A stretch of DNA of 64,000 bases, taken from Catajapyx aquilonaris (taxonomy: Eukaryota). The position numbers and the translations under genes are program-made. Location: NCBI GenBank assembly GCA_000934665.2, contig JYFJ02001220.1, positions 1 to 64,000 on the forward strand, written 5' to 3'. Positions within the stretch are counted from its first letter, which is position 1. Each line of letters opens with the position of its first letter. Below the pieces are notes generated by a model. That model was not told where the DNA came from and ran no database searches. It worked only from the letters and a program-made list of their open reading frames with translations. This document shows positions 1 to 13,711 of this stretch, piece after piece.

Positions 1-448
1 TAAGTACTGTGCTCTGTACAGTCTCATTACGAAAGCTCCGACAGATGGAGACCGAGGTAGGGCCTGGCCACAGACCAAAAACCTAATATTAGGGCCTCTC
101 AGGTCAAAGGTCAGGCTGCAACAAAACATTGGAAATGCCCTAAAAAGTGTGCCGATTCATTTGCATTTGCTAGTGATTTTATTGGACCTATAGTTTAAAT
201 TGTAGACTTAAATATTTGGAGGGGTGATAGGTTTGAGAATGGAACTCCCTGGTATAAGACAAATGTAGTCACTATGGGGCGTGTAGGGTGGGGGCTGCCG
301 GGATGGACAACGCAAAGCGAAGCCACTTGATCATTAAATTGACTTTTTATTTCTTAGACTTTTTTCTTCGAAAAAAGTGACCGCGCCCCCTCCCATTAAG
401 CAGGTGTCTTAAAAATTTCCAAAAAAAATTTCTACCCTCCCCCTTTTC

Positions 449-472
449 CCTCTCCCTCTCCCTCTCCCTCTC
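449..472. repeat. (CCCTCT)n-type pyrimidine microsatellite
   Basis: Run of cctctccctctccctctccctctc, which accounts for the ERERER/GRGRGR ORFs at 347-600. Confidence 0.8.
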
Positions 473-600
473 CACCCCTCCCCCCCTCTTCGCTGCTCCT
501 CTAACACCTCTGAAGAAGTGTTTGGGAAACTGCGAAGGAACAGTCGCCATCTTGGCCAGAGATGACGGCTGCAAATTTTTTTCTTCTGACTCTCAACCAA

Positions 601-670
601 GGAGACACGGGATTTGAACCCACATCTCCCGATTGAGAGTCTGATGCGTTACCACACAGCCACGCTATGC
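601..670 (-). pseudogene. Degenerate tRNA-like element (tRNA pseudogene or SINE head)
   Basis: Minus strand reads GCATAGCGTGGCTGTGTGGTAACGCATCAGACTCTCAATCGGGAGATGTGGGTTCAAATCCCGTGTCTCC. It has an A-box (TGGCTGTGTGG) and B-box (GGTTCAAATCC) at tRNA spacing, but the acceptor and anticodon stems pair poorly. Confidence 0.6.
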
Positions 671-801
671 TGCAACGAGAGTGGGAGTGTTGGAAGGGTC
701 TAGCCTATTTACCAGATGCACTTCAAAGAGAAATAAATGGGAAATGAGAGATAAAGTAACAGCGGGCAGAAAGGTCCATAGCGATAAAAAGAAACGACCT
801 C

Positions 802-873
802 TTCCTTTCAGGATTAGATCCTTCAACCTTCAGGTTACGAGGAGAGAGTCTTAACCACTAGACCACTGCGCTA
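802..873 (-). pseudogene. Second, more decayed tRNA-like element
   Basis: Minus strand reads TAGCGCAGTGGTCTAGTGGTTAAGACT...GAAGGATCTAATCCTGAAAGGAA. The A-box/D-loop is good and the B-box is decayed (GGATCTAATCC). Confidence 0.45.
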
Positions 874-1770
874 CTTCGATACTGACCCTCTCTCCAGCAT
901 GTATTCTATCGTAAAGAAAGGGCGCCATCACTTCAAGATGGGCTAATGACTTGCAAGGATATTTTGACATGTTTTTCTCTGCATAAAACTCCATGGCACT
1001 TGGCACAGTAAAGTTAAGTTGTTTAACTCAAACGAATGTACTTGAGTAGCGTATTTGAATGTTTAGAGTCAATCGCATGCTATAAAATTGAATCCTTTTT
1101 ATTCTAAATTTCCTTAATAATACTTCCCTGAAGACCTGCCCAACCTCCCTCTGCACACCGTAATTACTTGTAAATTGACCTGGAATCTCAATAAGGAAGA
1201 ATTTATTGAGGGATAATATATTAAGGTTCTTTATTAGCGAGCTTGTTTTTTTCCAATCCACAGATTTGGGTACAACACGAAAAAAGTTAATCTGCATAAT
1301 CGCACATAGATGTAGATTCAGCTAGGTGTAACGGTGATGATGGTGCTGCATACCTATTGTCTAAGGGGAAGTCTTCACAGATGCCTGCATAAAATTCATT
1401 CCTTGTCGCTGGTTGGGACTTACATCAGTTGGAGTATTGCGAATCATGTTGTCGCTCAGATGATGACATTTGAGGCTAGGTCACACCCACCATTTTTAAA
1501 TTATTCCGGAGTCTACCAATATTCTGAACTTAGACACTGGATAAGGTTCAAAACTTTCAAAGTAGGTTATTAACGAATTACATAGATGACCTGTATAATG
1601 CCTTATTTCCGAGAAAGAAGACATTTTCTTGGGCAGCGCATGACCCATGCGCAATATTTTCTGATCAGTAAAGAAGAACTGATGATTGCATTCACCAACA
1701 ATGACTTCCAGTTAACCAACTGGCGGCGTTTCTTATTCTACGTAATAAAATTTTTATGAACGCAATGTGT

Positions 1771-1815
1771 GGGGATGTTTGTACACAATATGTCATATTG
1801 TGTACAAACATCCCC
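1771..1815. repeat. Perfect 45-bp palindrome (22-bp arms, 1-nt spacer)
   Basis: ggggatgtttgtacacaatatg-t-catattgtgtacaaacatcccc. Confidence 0.95.
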
Positions 1816-2524
1816 CCTCCATCATATTCTTTGAATCATTTTCAGCCTCAATTCCTTTGACCGCAGCATTTTCCCTGCCGCAACTTCTTCCTGGAAAAGA
1901 GAGTATTTGTCAACAGCTGCGAGAATAATAAAAGGAGACTGTGATGCAACTGTGAATACAAAGAGTGTGCACCATTCGAAATAAGGGCCTGAACTGAATG
2001 TAGAACTAGAGCACATTGTTCAAAGCATCCCTCTTTCTCAGCATCAGTCAGCAGCATTCTACACATAACGATTACGCATTACAAATAATCGCACCCATAG
2101 AAGCCCAAATTATAATCTGGAATAATAAGTATCACTATTGGCAATGTCTGAGCGTTACTAATAATGTTGACTACTCTTAGCATTGACAGGATTGGTGATG
2201 AATGGATTTTGCTGTTTGTGTGCATGTTATGGTAAGATGTGTTGCGCGTGTCAAGAAAAAATGTTGGGTGTAATGGGCCAAAGCACACAAGGGGCAGTGC
2301 CTCAGGTGGGGGAGGATCGATCTGGGCGTGGTGGACATTACCATCACAACTATACACCAAGGATAGTAGTTGGAGTTCCGGGGCATGCACCCATCCCAAT
2401 CCATCACCTGATTCATCCCGAGACAGCGCAGCGCCAGAAGCACAGACTGTATATAATTCCCCCGCACAGAAAACGTGGGTGCTCATAATAATCGGCTGGG
2501 GGACGACCACCCACCCACCCACCC

Positions 2525-3560
2525 ATGGGGCTGTTCTCACACCTCATTGTCCTATCAGGTCAGTCACTTGCGCTCATCTTTGATTCATCAACCGCCTCTG
2601 AAATATTAGCTCGAATCAGTCACTCAAACCGGATGCTTGCAAAACCTTTCTCGTTTGACAACAATGCGAGGGTTGTGTATTTTTAATGCGTGTGCGTATT
2701 TTTTTTTGCAGTGTGTTGCGTTGTTGGGTTGCACTTGACTGAGGTTGGTACCGAACCGCCTGCCAGCAAGTGCGACGAAATGGAGGAGGTTCGTCTGATT
2801 GATGAGTGGCAACAGTTGCAGTACTTGAAAATGAATTATTGCAGGTAATAACTTACACACACTAAACACTTTCGTTGCTTCAAATACTTGAAAAATATTG
2901 TAATGCCTATGATTGTCCTATAATATTATTGATTTCTCCTTAAGAAATTAATTGCAAAAGTAAATAACAGAGTCGGTTGATATTTAACAGGCTCGCAAGA
3001 TTTCACCATCATACTAATTAGGAGATATTAAGGCTAAATAAACACATTTCCGATGAACCGGTCAGTAAATAAATAGACCGACGCAAAATTCTATAACAAT
3101 ACCTAAAAGCTGAGTACCATTATTAGATATCCCATTATAGAGGCCTTGCACTCCGTTTTTATTCGTTATTTTTCGTATATTTATCAGTCAGTGTCCACTA
3201 CGGAAAATGACGTTTTCTTGTAATTGGTGGTAATGATGGTGTTTTTTTTTCTTCTTTAGCGCTCTTGAAAAGCAACGTTTGTGCTGGAAAGAGGTGGTGA
3301 GTGTAACACCTTTAGGGATCAAGCTCAGAAGACAAGCTCGTGACCAGATGGAAGCGATGACTTCGGATCTAAAGATGGTACCTGATTGTTGACCTTCAGT
3401 ATAATTATTAGTGTTGCGTTACCTGTCGATGAGCATGCGTAAATTTTTCTTACAGTTTAATTGCACAAATTCGGCGTCGTCAACTCAGATGATGTCAATC
3501 CCTGCCATGCTGATGTTATTTCTTCACTCGATTATGTCTGATATAATCTACGATTGCTAG
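2525..3560 (+). CDS. Array gene A: single-domain Cys-helical secretory protein with hydrophobic tail, 129 aa
   Basis: Exons 2525-2558, 2712-2844, 3260-3377, 3456-3560 (phases 1,2,0; GT-AG). MGLFSHLIVLSVCCVVG...SKCDEMEEVRLIDEWQQLQYLKMNYC-SALEKQRL-CWKEVV...DLKM-FNCTNSASSTQMMSIPAMLMLFLHSIMSDIIYDC*. Confidence 0.8.
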
Positions 3561-4638
3561 TTTGCAAATAACCACAGCGTTTGAGTCCCGCTGCGTCTAC
3601 TTTGTATGGAACAAAGGCTGTGTACACTACTCAAATAAAACACGCCGTAACTGCCTGAAGTTTAGTGTCATTACTTCGTGGCAGATGGCCATTGCAGCTC
3701 TCTTTTACGGGGCAAGCTTTGTGGGTTGCCTCATGACTCAGGATGAACCAAGAGGATTCTCTCATTTGCACGCAGGGAACATATATGATCATATTATGCG
3801 ACACACGTGTACGTGTTGCTAATGAACCCGTAGCTTTTAATTTTCATTGAATCGAATGTGGAAAGAGGAAATGGATATGTCATGGATGTCTAAGTCAAGA
3901 GACAATGCAGAGTATACCAGTTTCGAAATTGCGGCCGTTCAGAGAAGGTGAGTCAGTCATACTCTCATAGCTTATGAAAATGTAGTTAACAATATTAATG
4001 ATGACAGTCTGAGCCAACAATAGGTCAAACAGCTTGACCGAACAAGGAAAAAAAATGAATATATGCGACGGCGGGGTTACGTAATTTAAAGATGAAGTGG
4101 GTGGAGGTTATGCAACAGTGTTTTACTGCATTCAAAGAAAAAGACAAGGAAAAAGAAGTCATATCACCGAAAAATGTTAAGTAATTTATGTGCATCTAAC
4201 TTACAAGATACGAGCAAAGTGTTTACCAAGCTACAGTTGCACAAAGCGCAAACACGCGATGTGCATTGGGAGTGTCAAGGCAGTAGTATATCTTGTGTAA
4301 ACTGAGCTGAGTACTTGTTGTTTGCATGAAACATTCAAGATATAGATAACTTCAGTTATCATGCTTTAAGGAGTCAGTAGATTCTGAATTAATCTTTAGA
4401 AACCATGATCAATAAATGATCGCAAATAATTGGCAACTTAGGCAATCCCATTCGTAGAGTATTTCAAGGACATTCTTGAATGACAGGCCGCAAGCTTCCT
4501 CCACTTTCATTCTAGAAAAAAAGGGTTCCTCTGTTAGTCCAAGGTCATCAAATGACTTATGCTGGATGGCTCTACTAACCAATCTTCATTATTTTCTAGG
4601 AAGAGCTTGAGTCTTCTCCGGTGTTGCCGCCATTCATC

Positions 4639-5939
4639 ATGAAGACGCTCATGTTTTCTTCCATCTTCTCAATGCGTGAGCCTCTTATGTCTAAGCGTGT
4701 TTTTGACATTAATGGCTCGTACTTCAATTTACTCTGATGATGTATTTTACATGACCGTTTGTCATGTTCTCCCACATAAATGCCTTGGGTTGGTTTTTCG
4801 TCCTTCTCATAATGTTGTTAGTGCCCACTAATAACAAGCATCTATGGAAAGGCTGTGGGAGAATCCCACTATACCGACTGTAGAACGTATAGAAGCACAG
4901 AAATTGAAGGACGAAAAACATCCTTTGTCTCAAAATGCGAACAAATAACCGCAGCCTGTTTAATTTGGTAAAATGTTACGGTGAAATTTTATTATTTTGA
5001 AATTATGAGTTTGAAAAGAAATTTGAAACGAAATTATGGATTTTGAAAAGAAAATTAAGCTGGTAGAGAGTGATAAATTATTTACAACGGGAAGTAATTT
5101 TACGGAGTATTATTTTACATGTTTCACTGATTTTCTTTACTCTGCACCAGATTTATTTGCCAATTATAAATTTTACGCGCCTGTGGCCTGTACATTTCCT
5201 ATGCATTAATTTTCAGTGTGCGCATTTAAGTTGATTTTGGCGAGTACTACTTGCATTCAAGACTTGACCGAGCAATCGCAAAATGTGCCTGACGACAACC
5301 TTGAACAACATTGCCAGCAAGTGTCTCATTATTTTTTTAAATAACCATTATTGACATCGTCATTTTCAACCCTTTTTATTTCCTCCCAAAATGTTATCTC
5401 TGTTATCAGATTAACTCGGCAACTGGTTGATTGCTACGAACACACGCTGAAGAGTGCCAACCTCACCCCATTTGTGACTGAAGAGTATGATAAGCAGGCG
5501 GCCAGTTTGAGGAAATATCTAGAGGTGAATGATACAGCTTTATGGTTACATACAGTAATAGCAAAATAATTTGTTAGGTGCTTCGAGTGTTCATTTTTGA
5601 GATTTGTTTTACAAGACACGGATGAATAATTTTTTTCTGGCCGTGGATGTATTGTTGTATGTTACAGTTTTCAATACTTGAAAAAAAATTATAATCAGGA
5701 AATCCTGCTTATTCTGCCCTATTTGCATCTACACAACCTTGGGGGTGTTATTTTTGAAACCCGCAAAAATAATCAACCATCAGATGTAATTAACGACCAC
5801 CTTTTGACTGGCAAGTGACGAAAGTGTTTATTTTTTTCAGGAAAATAAATGCTCCGGTGGGAAGCGCACCACATCCTCGGCTTGGTTGCTTTTCACGTCC
5901 ATTATTGCAGCAGCAATAATGAATCAGCACCTGAATTAG
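4639..5939 (+). CDS. Array gene B: single-domain, putative GPI-anchored, 116 aa (GC-AG intron 2)
   Basis: Exons 4639-4675, 5217-5316, 5410-5524, 5841-5939. MKTLMFSSIFSMLCAFKLILASTTCIQDLTEQSQNVPDDNLEQHC-QLTRQLVD-CYEH...RKYLE-ENKCSGGKRTTSSAWLLFTSIIAAAIMNQHLN*. Confidence 0.8.
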
Positions 5940-8900
5940 CAGCATGCATTGTTACTGCTCTTGTTTGTATGACTGTAATGAAGCGTCGAACCCAAAAAAA
6001 TGTTCTGAAACACAACAATACATGTACTGTATATGGCAAGAGAAAAACACTTTTTGGAGCAAACTCATGTTTATTAAAAGTTATTGATTCCTGATTATGG
6101 AATATCTTTTCGTGTACCGGTACTACCTTAATGTAACGTCATGACTGTTGCAAACAGCTGACATTATATCCATAGATCATCAGTTGGCTAATGCGTTGAG
6201 TCATGCCATCACAATAGAACTCTTTGTCCTTCACCTTGGTCCAGTCTGTGCGTTATGTATGTTCTGATCCTGTTTCCGTGACCAGAATCCAGAAAAGAGG
6301 TACTTCCGGTGGGGGGTGTATACGGTAACAGCATAAAAACATGTTAGCCTTGGCTGGCAATCACAGTGCTGCCATTAGATGTCTGCGCCGCATGGTTCCG
6401 GGGCCAAAAGCGATTCCTCTTTGGTGCTCTTGGTACATTTTTGTGAGCCAAATGAATGGGAGAGAGGGTCATTTTCTTCATCATTTTGGCTATAGAGATG
6501 GCTGATGGGGTCAGGTACTTTCTGGGCATGGCCACATTCCTGCTTGTTTGGATCATCTCGGAAACACGTCCTTCCGAATAAAACAGGGCGTTAAAATGTC
6601 AGAGAATAATAAAATCAAGGATATTGCATGTTTTCATCAAAGTCTCTCTAGTTCAAGGAGAAAAGTTATGGATTGCTTATTCAGAGAAACCAGGTGCTTT
6701 TTTTTGCTCAAAGTAACTATAGTCACCTTGCAAGACAAACCGCGAGTTACTCTTATTATCAGGCAATTAAATAATTAGGCGGTTCATTACATGACATAAT
6801 GCATTAAGCGTGCTAAGTGTGGGTCATACACCCTGCACGCCACCAGTCTCATTAAAGTTCTAACCCAATTAATTGCCGCGCAAGGCCCTGCTGGCTCCAT
6901 GCTCACTTTGTCTCCAAGCCGAAAATATATGTATTATGCAACGAGGAACATGCATCGGCTACAGCTTTGATGATGAAACATCCTGGAACATATTTACTGT
7001 ACAGAAACATGTCATTTGCGGACTTATTACTCTTGCAGGTTATTCCGATATTTTTTGACCCACTGAGTGTTCAATGATTCAGCTATCTTTTTGGACAATT
7101 TTGTTCTGTGTCGAAGACATGTTTTTCTGCACTGTACGGAGTAAGTACAAAGTGAGGCACCCTGTGGATGGAGATAAGCATCGATCTGGGTGTGGTTCTC
7201 GCCTCATCAAGGATTCCTGGACGGAAATCTGTCACTCGCTTTTACACAACCACGTAAGACTTGTCAACATCAAATCCTTTCGTGTTTTTTTTTGCGTGTT
7301 AGAGATTCTCAAACGAAGAGGATTCCGTTATAATCAGGTCACTCACTCCACTTCATGACTTATTTACCGGCGATAAGGATCGATCTATGTCAATCACCCT
7401 TTCTCTCCGTTTTTATTCACTTAGTCGTATATGTATACACAGTTTCGGATCGATTTGAACCTCCGGGTGAACGATATCATTTTTCATAGGCTTTAGAAAG
7501 AGATCCGGCTGAAGGGACGATTGGTTATATTTTTCCCCCCTTCTCTCAGAGCAGAACAATGTATGTTCCTGGCATTGTTTGCAACACGTTTGTGAATAGT
7601 TCAGCAATACCAACACCCACATCATCAGAAAAGAATACTAAAGTGCTGGCAGTATGATGCGTGTCAATTCATTGTGGCATGTCAGGGACATGTGTGCGAC
7701 ACGCGAGTGTTTGATTATAGAAGCGGTTCCTGTTGCGCGCCATTTCTCTTCAACACCATAATATTTTTGCATCTAAATTGAATCGCTAAACCATGAGAAA
7801 CTACAGGGTTACAATTAGAGTGTGGGAAATAAATTGCAGATACTGGCAACAATGATTATCATCGATCTGTGATGGACCTACTGGAAGGGAACATTGTAAC
7901 GAACGATTAAAAATGGCAGTGACGTCCCAAGCCTTTAATTATTGTCCCCTCATTGTTGTCTACCTGCGATTATAATGTTGCGTGATCAGAGAAAAAAAAG
8001 AGTCGATCCTGCTTGGTGTGTTGCCTCCCTTTCAGGATATGAAACCTAGCTCGAATGGCATTGTTATTCTCACACAATTCCGAGCAGCCTGGGGGATCAA
8101 GGCTGCAGCAATCACGTCCCATAGATCCTGATAGACCGACTAATTAACCTCTCTCCCAACTAACCCAGCCCCCTCACAATAAATCTCCGATATTTTCGAC
8201 ACTATTTCCAGTCCCAATTCTCAAATCTGGCCAAATTCTATAATATTCGCCATGTGCTTAAGGATTATATGGAAAGTGAAATAACGAGAGAGGAGGGGGG
8301 GGGCTAGGTTACGAATCTCTTGGTTGGGTAGAAGGTAGAGGGGGGTATGGTGGGGGACATGACGTTGTGGTGGTTGGGATGTGGGGGTGGGTGGGCAGGG
8401 CTCTGGAAAAGAGAAGGTCATGTGCGATGAGGCATCGCGTGTGAGTCGGAATCACTTTTCTGGGAGCCAGCTTCCTCGTTTGGTGAGTCGAATTTTACCA
8501 CATTGTTGTCCTACTTGAAATTCTTCCATAGAAATGTCTCTCCCTTTTTTTGTATGGGCATGACGAGTATATAGATGGTGAGGAAGACATTTTGAGTTCT
8601 GAAGAGTGTGGATAATCACTTATTGGTTAGCTAATGCGAGTGTTTTGTTACGTAATGTGTTACGACTCGCTAAATAGTGGGTGTGGTGCCCATTGCGGCG
8701 GAATTGTAAAAGCCAACAGGATTTAATGTCGAATTGTGGCTGCTCATTTAGCATGGAGTGCTAACATTTTGTGCCTGTTAACAAAATATGTAAATTAGCA
8801 GTGGCAGTTAGTTTATGATAATGTCATTTTACGTAACATATATTAAAAGGGGCCCATTAACAGACCCACTTCATTTTCCTTATAGGTTCTAAAAGTTTCC

Positions 8901-10710
8901 TCTTTATTGCGATCTATTGTCAGGAGCTGGCTTCTTTTAGACTTACACTGACCTCATAAAACAACGTGACATTTAAATTCAAACTATTCGCTCAGAAGGA
9001 GGCACAACTAGGCCAATCAACCAAGAATGTGTTTTTATCCGCATTATTTGTAATTACCTACTGCATTAGTACGTATGAACAGTTATTATTTTACCCTCAT
9101 CGCTTTTTTTCCCAAAATAATGTTATGTGGAAAAATAACAGACATTTCCGAATGTGCAAGCTACAAGATGACTAGCCCGCCCAGTTCCGACTCTTCTGAT
9201 TAGATAACCTGAGTAATGACTGGAGTCTCGCACTTCCTCAAGGGATTACGAAGCATGAATTTTTACGCCTTTTAAAGTATTGTACAACGCATTACACACC
9301 CACACCCCACACCTGACATTTAAAAATGGAACCATGGCGGCAGAAGATGATTTTTTTCATTACGGTACTGATTTTTGACCACATTCTGGAGTGTCTTCTG
9401 CACCTCTCTTCGACTTTGTTAGGCTTCGACCTTGGGTAGTGCCCCAGTCCTGTGTACGGCGCTCCAAGGCTGATGAACGTCCTGAATCTATTTCAACCAG
9501 GTGCCAAAAATATGTTGGCTTTACTCAACTAACTTATTTTGGCAACTAAGTAGGTCGACTACTCAGGATAAACCACAAAAAAGCCGTATCACATTCCTTC
9601 TTTTGAGTAGGCACGATTTGAGGGTCCCAAAATAATTGAGAAAATTAAATATTATGCATTGTGAATTTCTATTATAACTAGGAAACAGCCAATTTACAAT
9701 GAGCAAATTAGTGAATATATCCGATATTTGTCCATGATTGTGTATGATACAACCGCGCCTAACTCTCTCTCTCGAGTTATTATGCAGGCAGGTAGGATCG
9801 TCTCGACTCTTTCCTGATATGCCGTAGCCGACCGAAATAATTTTTGATCCAACTGCGCAATGAGCAGCATCACTTCACACTAATAGAAAACGCCACATTG
9901 CATGCTCCGACAATATTTTGTAATTCAGGCAACACGCTAGTTTATCTGCATGGTTTTCGTTAGAATTGATGATGTTATTACACGGAGTGTGTTACCGACC
10001 ATGTCGACATGAATGTTTTATATACACAGTGTATCTCTGGCTAATGTGGTAACCCGCGTCCTGCGTTTCAGGAAACGCACGACTTATTAGACTCAAGGTC
10101 GCGGATTTTCTGCGATTTAAGATGATTGACAGAACTTGTGGATCTTGGCAGCAGATTAGGTGTCAGTTGTGTTCCAATCCGCAATTGTTGGTATTATTAA
10201 CTATTTGTAAATTTCACCCAAAATTTTAAGCAGTTTTACTGGAGCACCTAATTTACGAACATCAAAAAAATTAGCTACAGTAAGATTAGGTTGCCTGCCC
10301 TTGCTCTTTTAAACGGAGTGTTTAGCTTGAAAATTTTTATAGTAAATGATGTTATGTTCCAATAATGAAGATATCGGATTTATACTAATATATGGATTGG
10401 ATATTCAATTCGGACTACTATTATCAGCTATTACTCTTGATAACTACTAAGAGAAACGGTTCCAAAGCCTGAAAATAAGAAGCAACTATAACACTACAGT
10501 AATTTCAGTTGCAAAGCACTGCGAATGGTTAAAATAATTATCAGGGCCTAATTATTATCGGTTTGGCAAGGGAAATGAAACGACGACTTTATCATTACAG
10601 CATCCTGTATTATGTCATCATTTGACATAGATTTTCACTTTCGCCTCTTTGTACACTCTTTTCAGCCTTTGTTTGAGCCTCGTCGTTGGTGTGTGACAAC
10701 TAATAACAAT

Positions 10711-12313
10711 ATGAAGGTCATCGTCTTGTGTGCTGTCTTTCTGGCCCGTGAGTACAATAATTCATTACATTTAACTAACTTATTAAACTACAAGTTAATA
10801 ATTCGTGGCAGGGGTAACCACTTCATTTTATTAGTTACTCAGTGGAATATTTGGAACTTTTTGTGTGTGCAGCAGCTGCTGACCGGTGAGGTGCGTGGAT
10901 AGCAGCCTGTGATATGTTATTACGACTATTAAAAAGATGATTGGATTGTTGACCACAAGAGTAGGGTTCACTCATTAACCTCGAATGATTTTTAAGTGGG
11001 TCATTCTCAGGGCTGTAGGGCCAGTTTATTTGAAGACGTGAAATTATGAGCAATCATAGCCACATTATTTTGATATTGAAGACAATCTGACTCGACTACT
11101 GGACATTACGTATCTACAGTATATTATGGGGTGTCGTGACGTTTTTATGAAACTTGAAGTGAGTATTTATAGAAGAAATGGATGGATAGTTTGTTTGCCA
11201 ACTAATAATAGCAGTGCCAATCAACAATAAATCGTATTGGAAGCGTATGAAACAGGAAACTTAAATCTCACCGGATGAGATGTGGCAGGAAAAACCCTCC
11301 AATTTAATTAAATAATGAAGAAACACCCGGCCATCATTTTATTTTCGCCTAGAAAAGGGACATATTTTAATGTCTTGAACGAGGAAGTATTAAATACAGC
11401 TCTGTTAAAAAATAATGGGGGCTATCATTTAGATGACGTTGCATCAGTCCTATCGTCAACAATGTAGGCCTGACTGACATTAAACTAGCAGAAATTAATA
11501 TTTCCTCAATTTGGATGCATTAAACCTGGTTTAACTCCATCATTGAACACTCCCATCACGAAACATTTTTCTTATGCTGTTTCCTGTTCAGGTTTTTGTT
11601 TCTAATACTACTGTACTATAAAATATTGCACATGATTTTGAAGACTGATAATATTTTCAATTTTTGCCAGTGTGCCATGCCAGCTCGGCCCAAATCCCTC
11701 GTTGCCTTTCGGACCTCCAGAACAAAATGGCTCAAACAAGTTCAAGCGCATCTGATGCGGAGCAGTGCCAGTAAGTTGTGCTAAAAGTATACTCCACGTC
11801 CACAAAGGGGGGGGGGGGAATGATCTCGGTGAGAACAGTTTGGATTCCATTAACTACGAGTAGAAAGTGACGCCAGAGAGTGCACAGTGTGCCTCCCATT
11901 TTTTTCACATGTGCCTTGTCCTACCCACAGGATCGCCCATGACATGGTGAATTGCCTGGAGAGCATAGTGAATGACAACAGCTTCCCAGATGGGGCCAAG
12001 AGCACCTACAGGAGTCAGCTTAACCAGATGAAAGCCAAAATAAGCGTAAGTCGGATTTTGCCAAATTTATTGTCCTGCAATGACTGGCGCTTGCAATAAT
12101 ACTTTTGTAAATTTTCGCAATTTTTTTTACTGTTTGCATCGAAAGTACTGAGAGTGTTGTTACTTCACCATCACTTGCTTATTATTACCCACGACTAAAA
12201 TATATTTGTTTTTCGTGCAGGAAAAGTGCGCCGCTTGCATGGGACCAACCTTCGTGGTGGGAATGCTCCTCCTGCCCCTGCTGGCCCTCATCAAGAACCA
12301 CTTCAACTTCTAA
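10711..12313 (+). CDS. Array gene C: single-domain, putative GPI-anchored, 114 aa
   Basis: Exons 10711-10747, 11671-11770, 11931-12045, 12221-12313. MKVIVLCAVFLALCHASSAQIPRCLSDLQNKMAQTSSSASDAEQC-QIAHDMVN-CLES...KAKIS-EKCAACMGPTFVVGMLLLPLLALIKNHFNF*. Confidence 0.9.
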
Positions 12314-13603
12314 AGTGTGCATTTCTCTACACATATTGCTGACGTGCCTTTTTAGATTCTATATACCCGCTTGGTGTTTATACAGAATTCAACATAAGTG
12401 TGATTTTATCAGGATGTGTAAAAAAAAACAACTCTATACCATGCTTTTTAGTGTCCAATACTTCCGTGATTTCCGGCCAGACAGTCATGTTCCATTCCAG
12501 TCAATTCAGCCATTGTTGTTGTGCAAGTACAGAAGTGTAACTCACTTTCTCCGGTCATGCCGAAATCACTCCAATGCCTCAATACTGCCAACACTCATTT
12601 AAAAACCGGGTAGTTACAGCAAAAATGTACATCCAGACCGTTGAATACGATTTTTGAGGATAACACAATTAGCCTAATAAACTTACTGTACAGCTCCCAC
12701 GTTTTCAGTTTTTTACTCGTCTTTGAATAATGCCCTTTCTGTCGCTGTTGGTAACCATAACATTAGAATATTATTCCTAGTGGTTTGTGCCATTAAGAAG
12801 GCGCTAAGAAGCGACGAAGAGGCTGGAGGAGCCGCAATGTGCCTTTCAAAAATTCAATCGAAAATTAAAGGGCCATGTCTGTCCTCTCAGTTTCGACTGT
12901 CTTTTCAGCAGAGGCCACAAAACTGTTAGGATTAAAAATACTGCAGTGCACTGATGACAGCCAAAATATTCAGGCAGGCTTCATTAATTTCTCACAAAAT
13001 ATGAGTCCTTAATGATATGGACGGCACAATAATATTGCATTTTCCTCTTCTTCATAAGAGGTCTCCCTTCATGGGGAGTTACTTTGGCCTTCGCTCAGCA
13101 TGCTGCTGTCCGACTTCCATTCCACCTTTCTACAAACTACCTGAAGTTGTGAATACCAATCGAGTCCGCAACTGCCTCTTTCAAAAATAATACCAAAAGG
13201 CCGGTTTAAAAAAAACCGTAAGATCCTCGATATCATTTGATCAAGCCATGAACATGCAATTACTGGTAGAGCCCATTTTACAAAGTACGATTTTACCTAG
13301 TTTCATTGTGTCAGAGTTACGGCGACCCGACCATAAAGGCCTCGCGCCAATGTACTATTCAAATTTTGTTATTTTAAAAATCACATAAAACAAATAAATT
13401 ATTTTGAAAAATTGAAACAAAATTTCAAAACAAAAATATATTACAATAACATTCGATGAAGTAGCACATCTCTACGAAACCTGGGAATGACAAGAATGCG
13501 CAGTGTAAAAGGGGGGATAAACTGAGAAAGATCCCAATTATCCAATTATTGATTCTCTACGAGTCTACGACAACCGATACAGTACTTCAATTGCTGAATG
13601 TAC

Positions 13604-13711
13604 TGTACTATATCGCTCAAAAAGATAGAGACGATTGGCATTTGATTCAAGTTCAAGTTGCACTTGAGGCAAATGCAAAATAGTCTCTATCTTTTTGGGC
13701 GATATAGTACA
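13604..13711. repeat. Imperfect inverted repeat of about 108 bp (foldback/MITE-like)
   Basis: tgtactatatcgctcaaaaagatagagac...gtctctatctttttgggcgatatagtaca. The arms pair over about 50 bp with few mismatches. A second near-perfect 28-bp palindrome follows at 13755-13782. Confidence 0.85.

Noticed and set aside
347..600. ORFs with ERERER/GRGRGR runs
   Set aside because: Translations of a CT microsatellite and poly-purine tract, with no coding signal.
601..670. Functional tRNA-Glu(CTC)
   Set aside because: The acceptor and anticodon stems do not pair properly, so it is kept only as a tRNA-like relic.
6000..10600. Additional array member or other gene (splice-like signals near 7040-7300)
   Set aside because: I could not assemble a signal-peptide exon, a C-x8-C exon pair and a tail in consistent phase.
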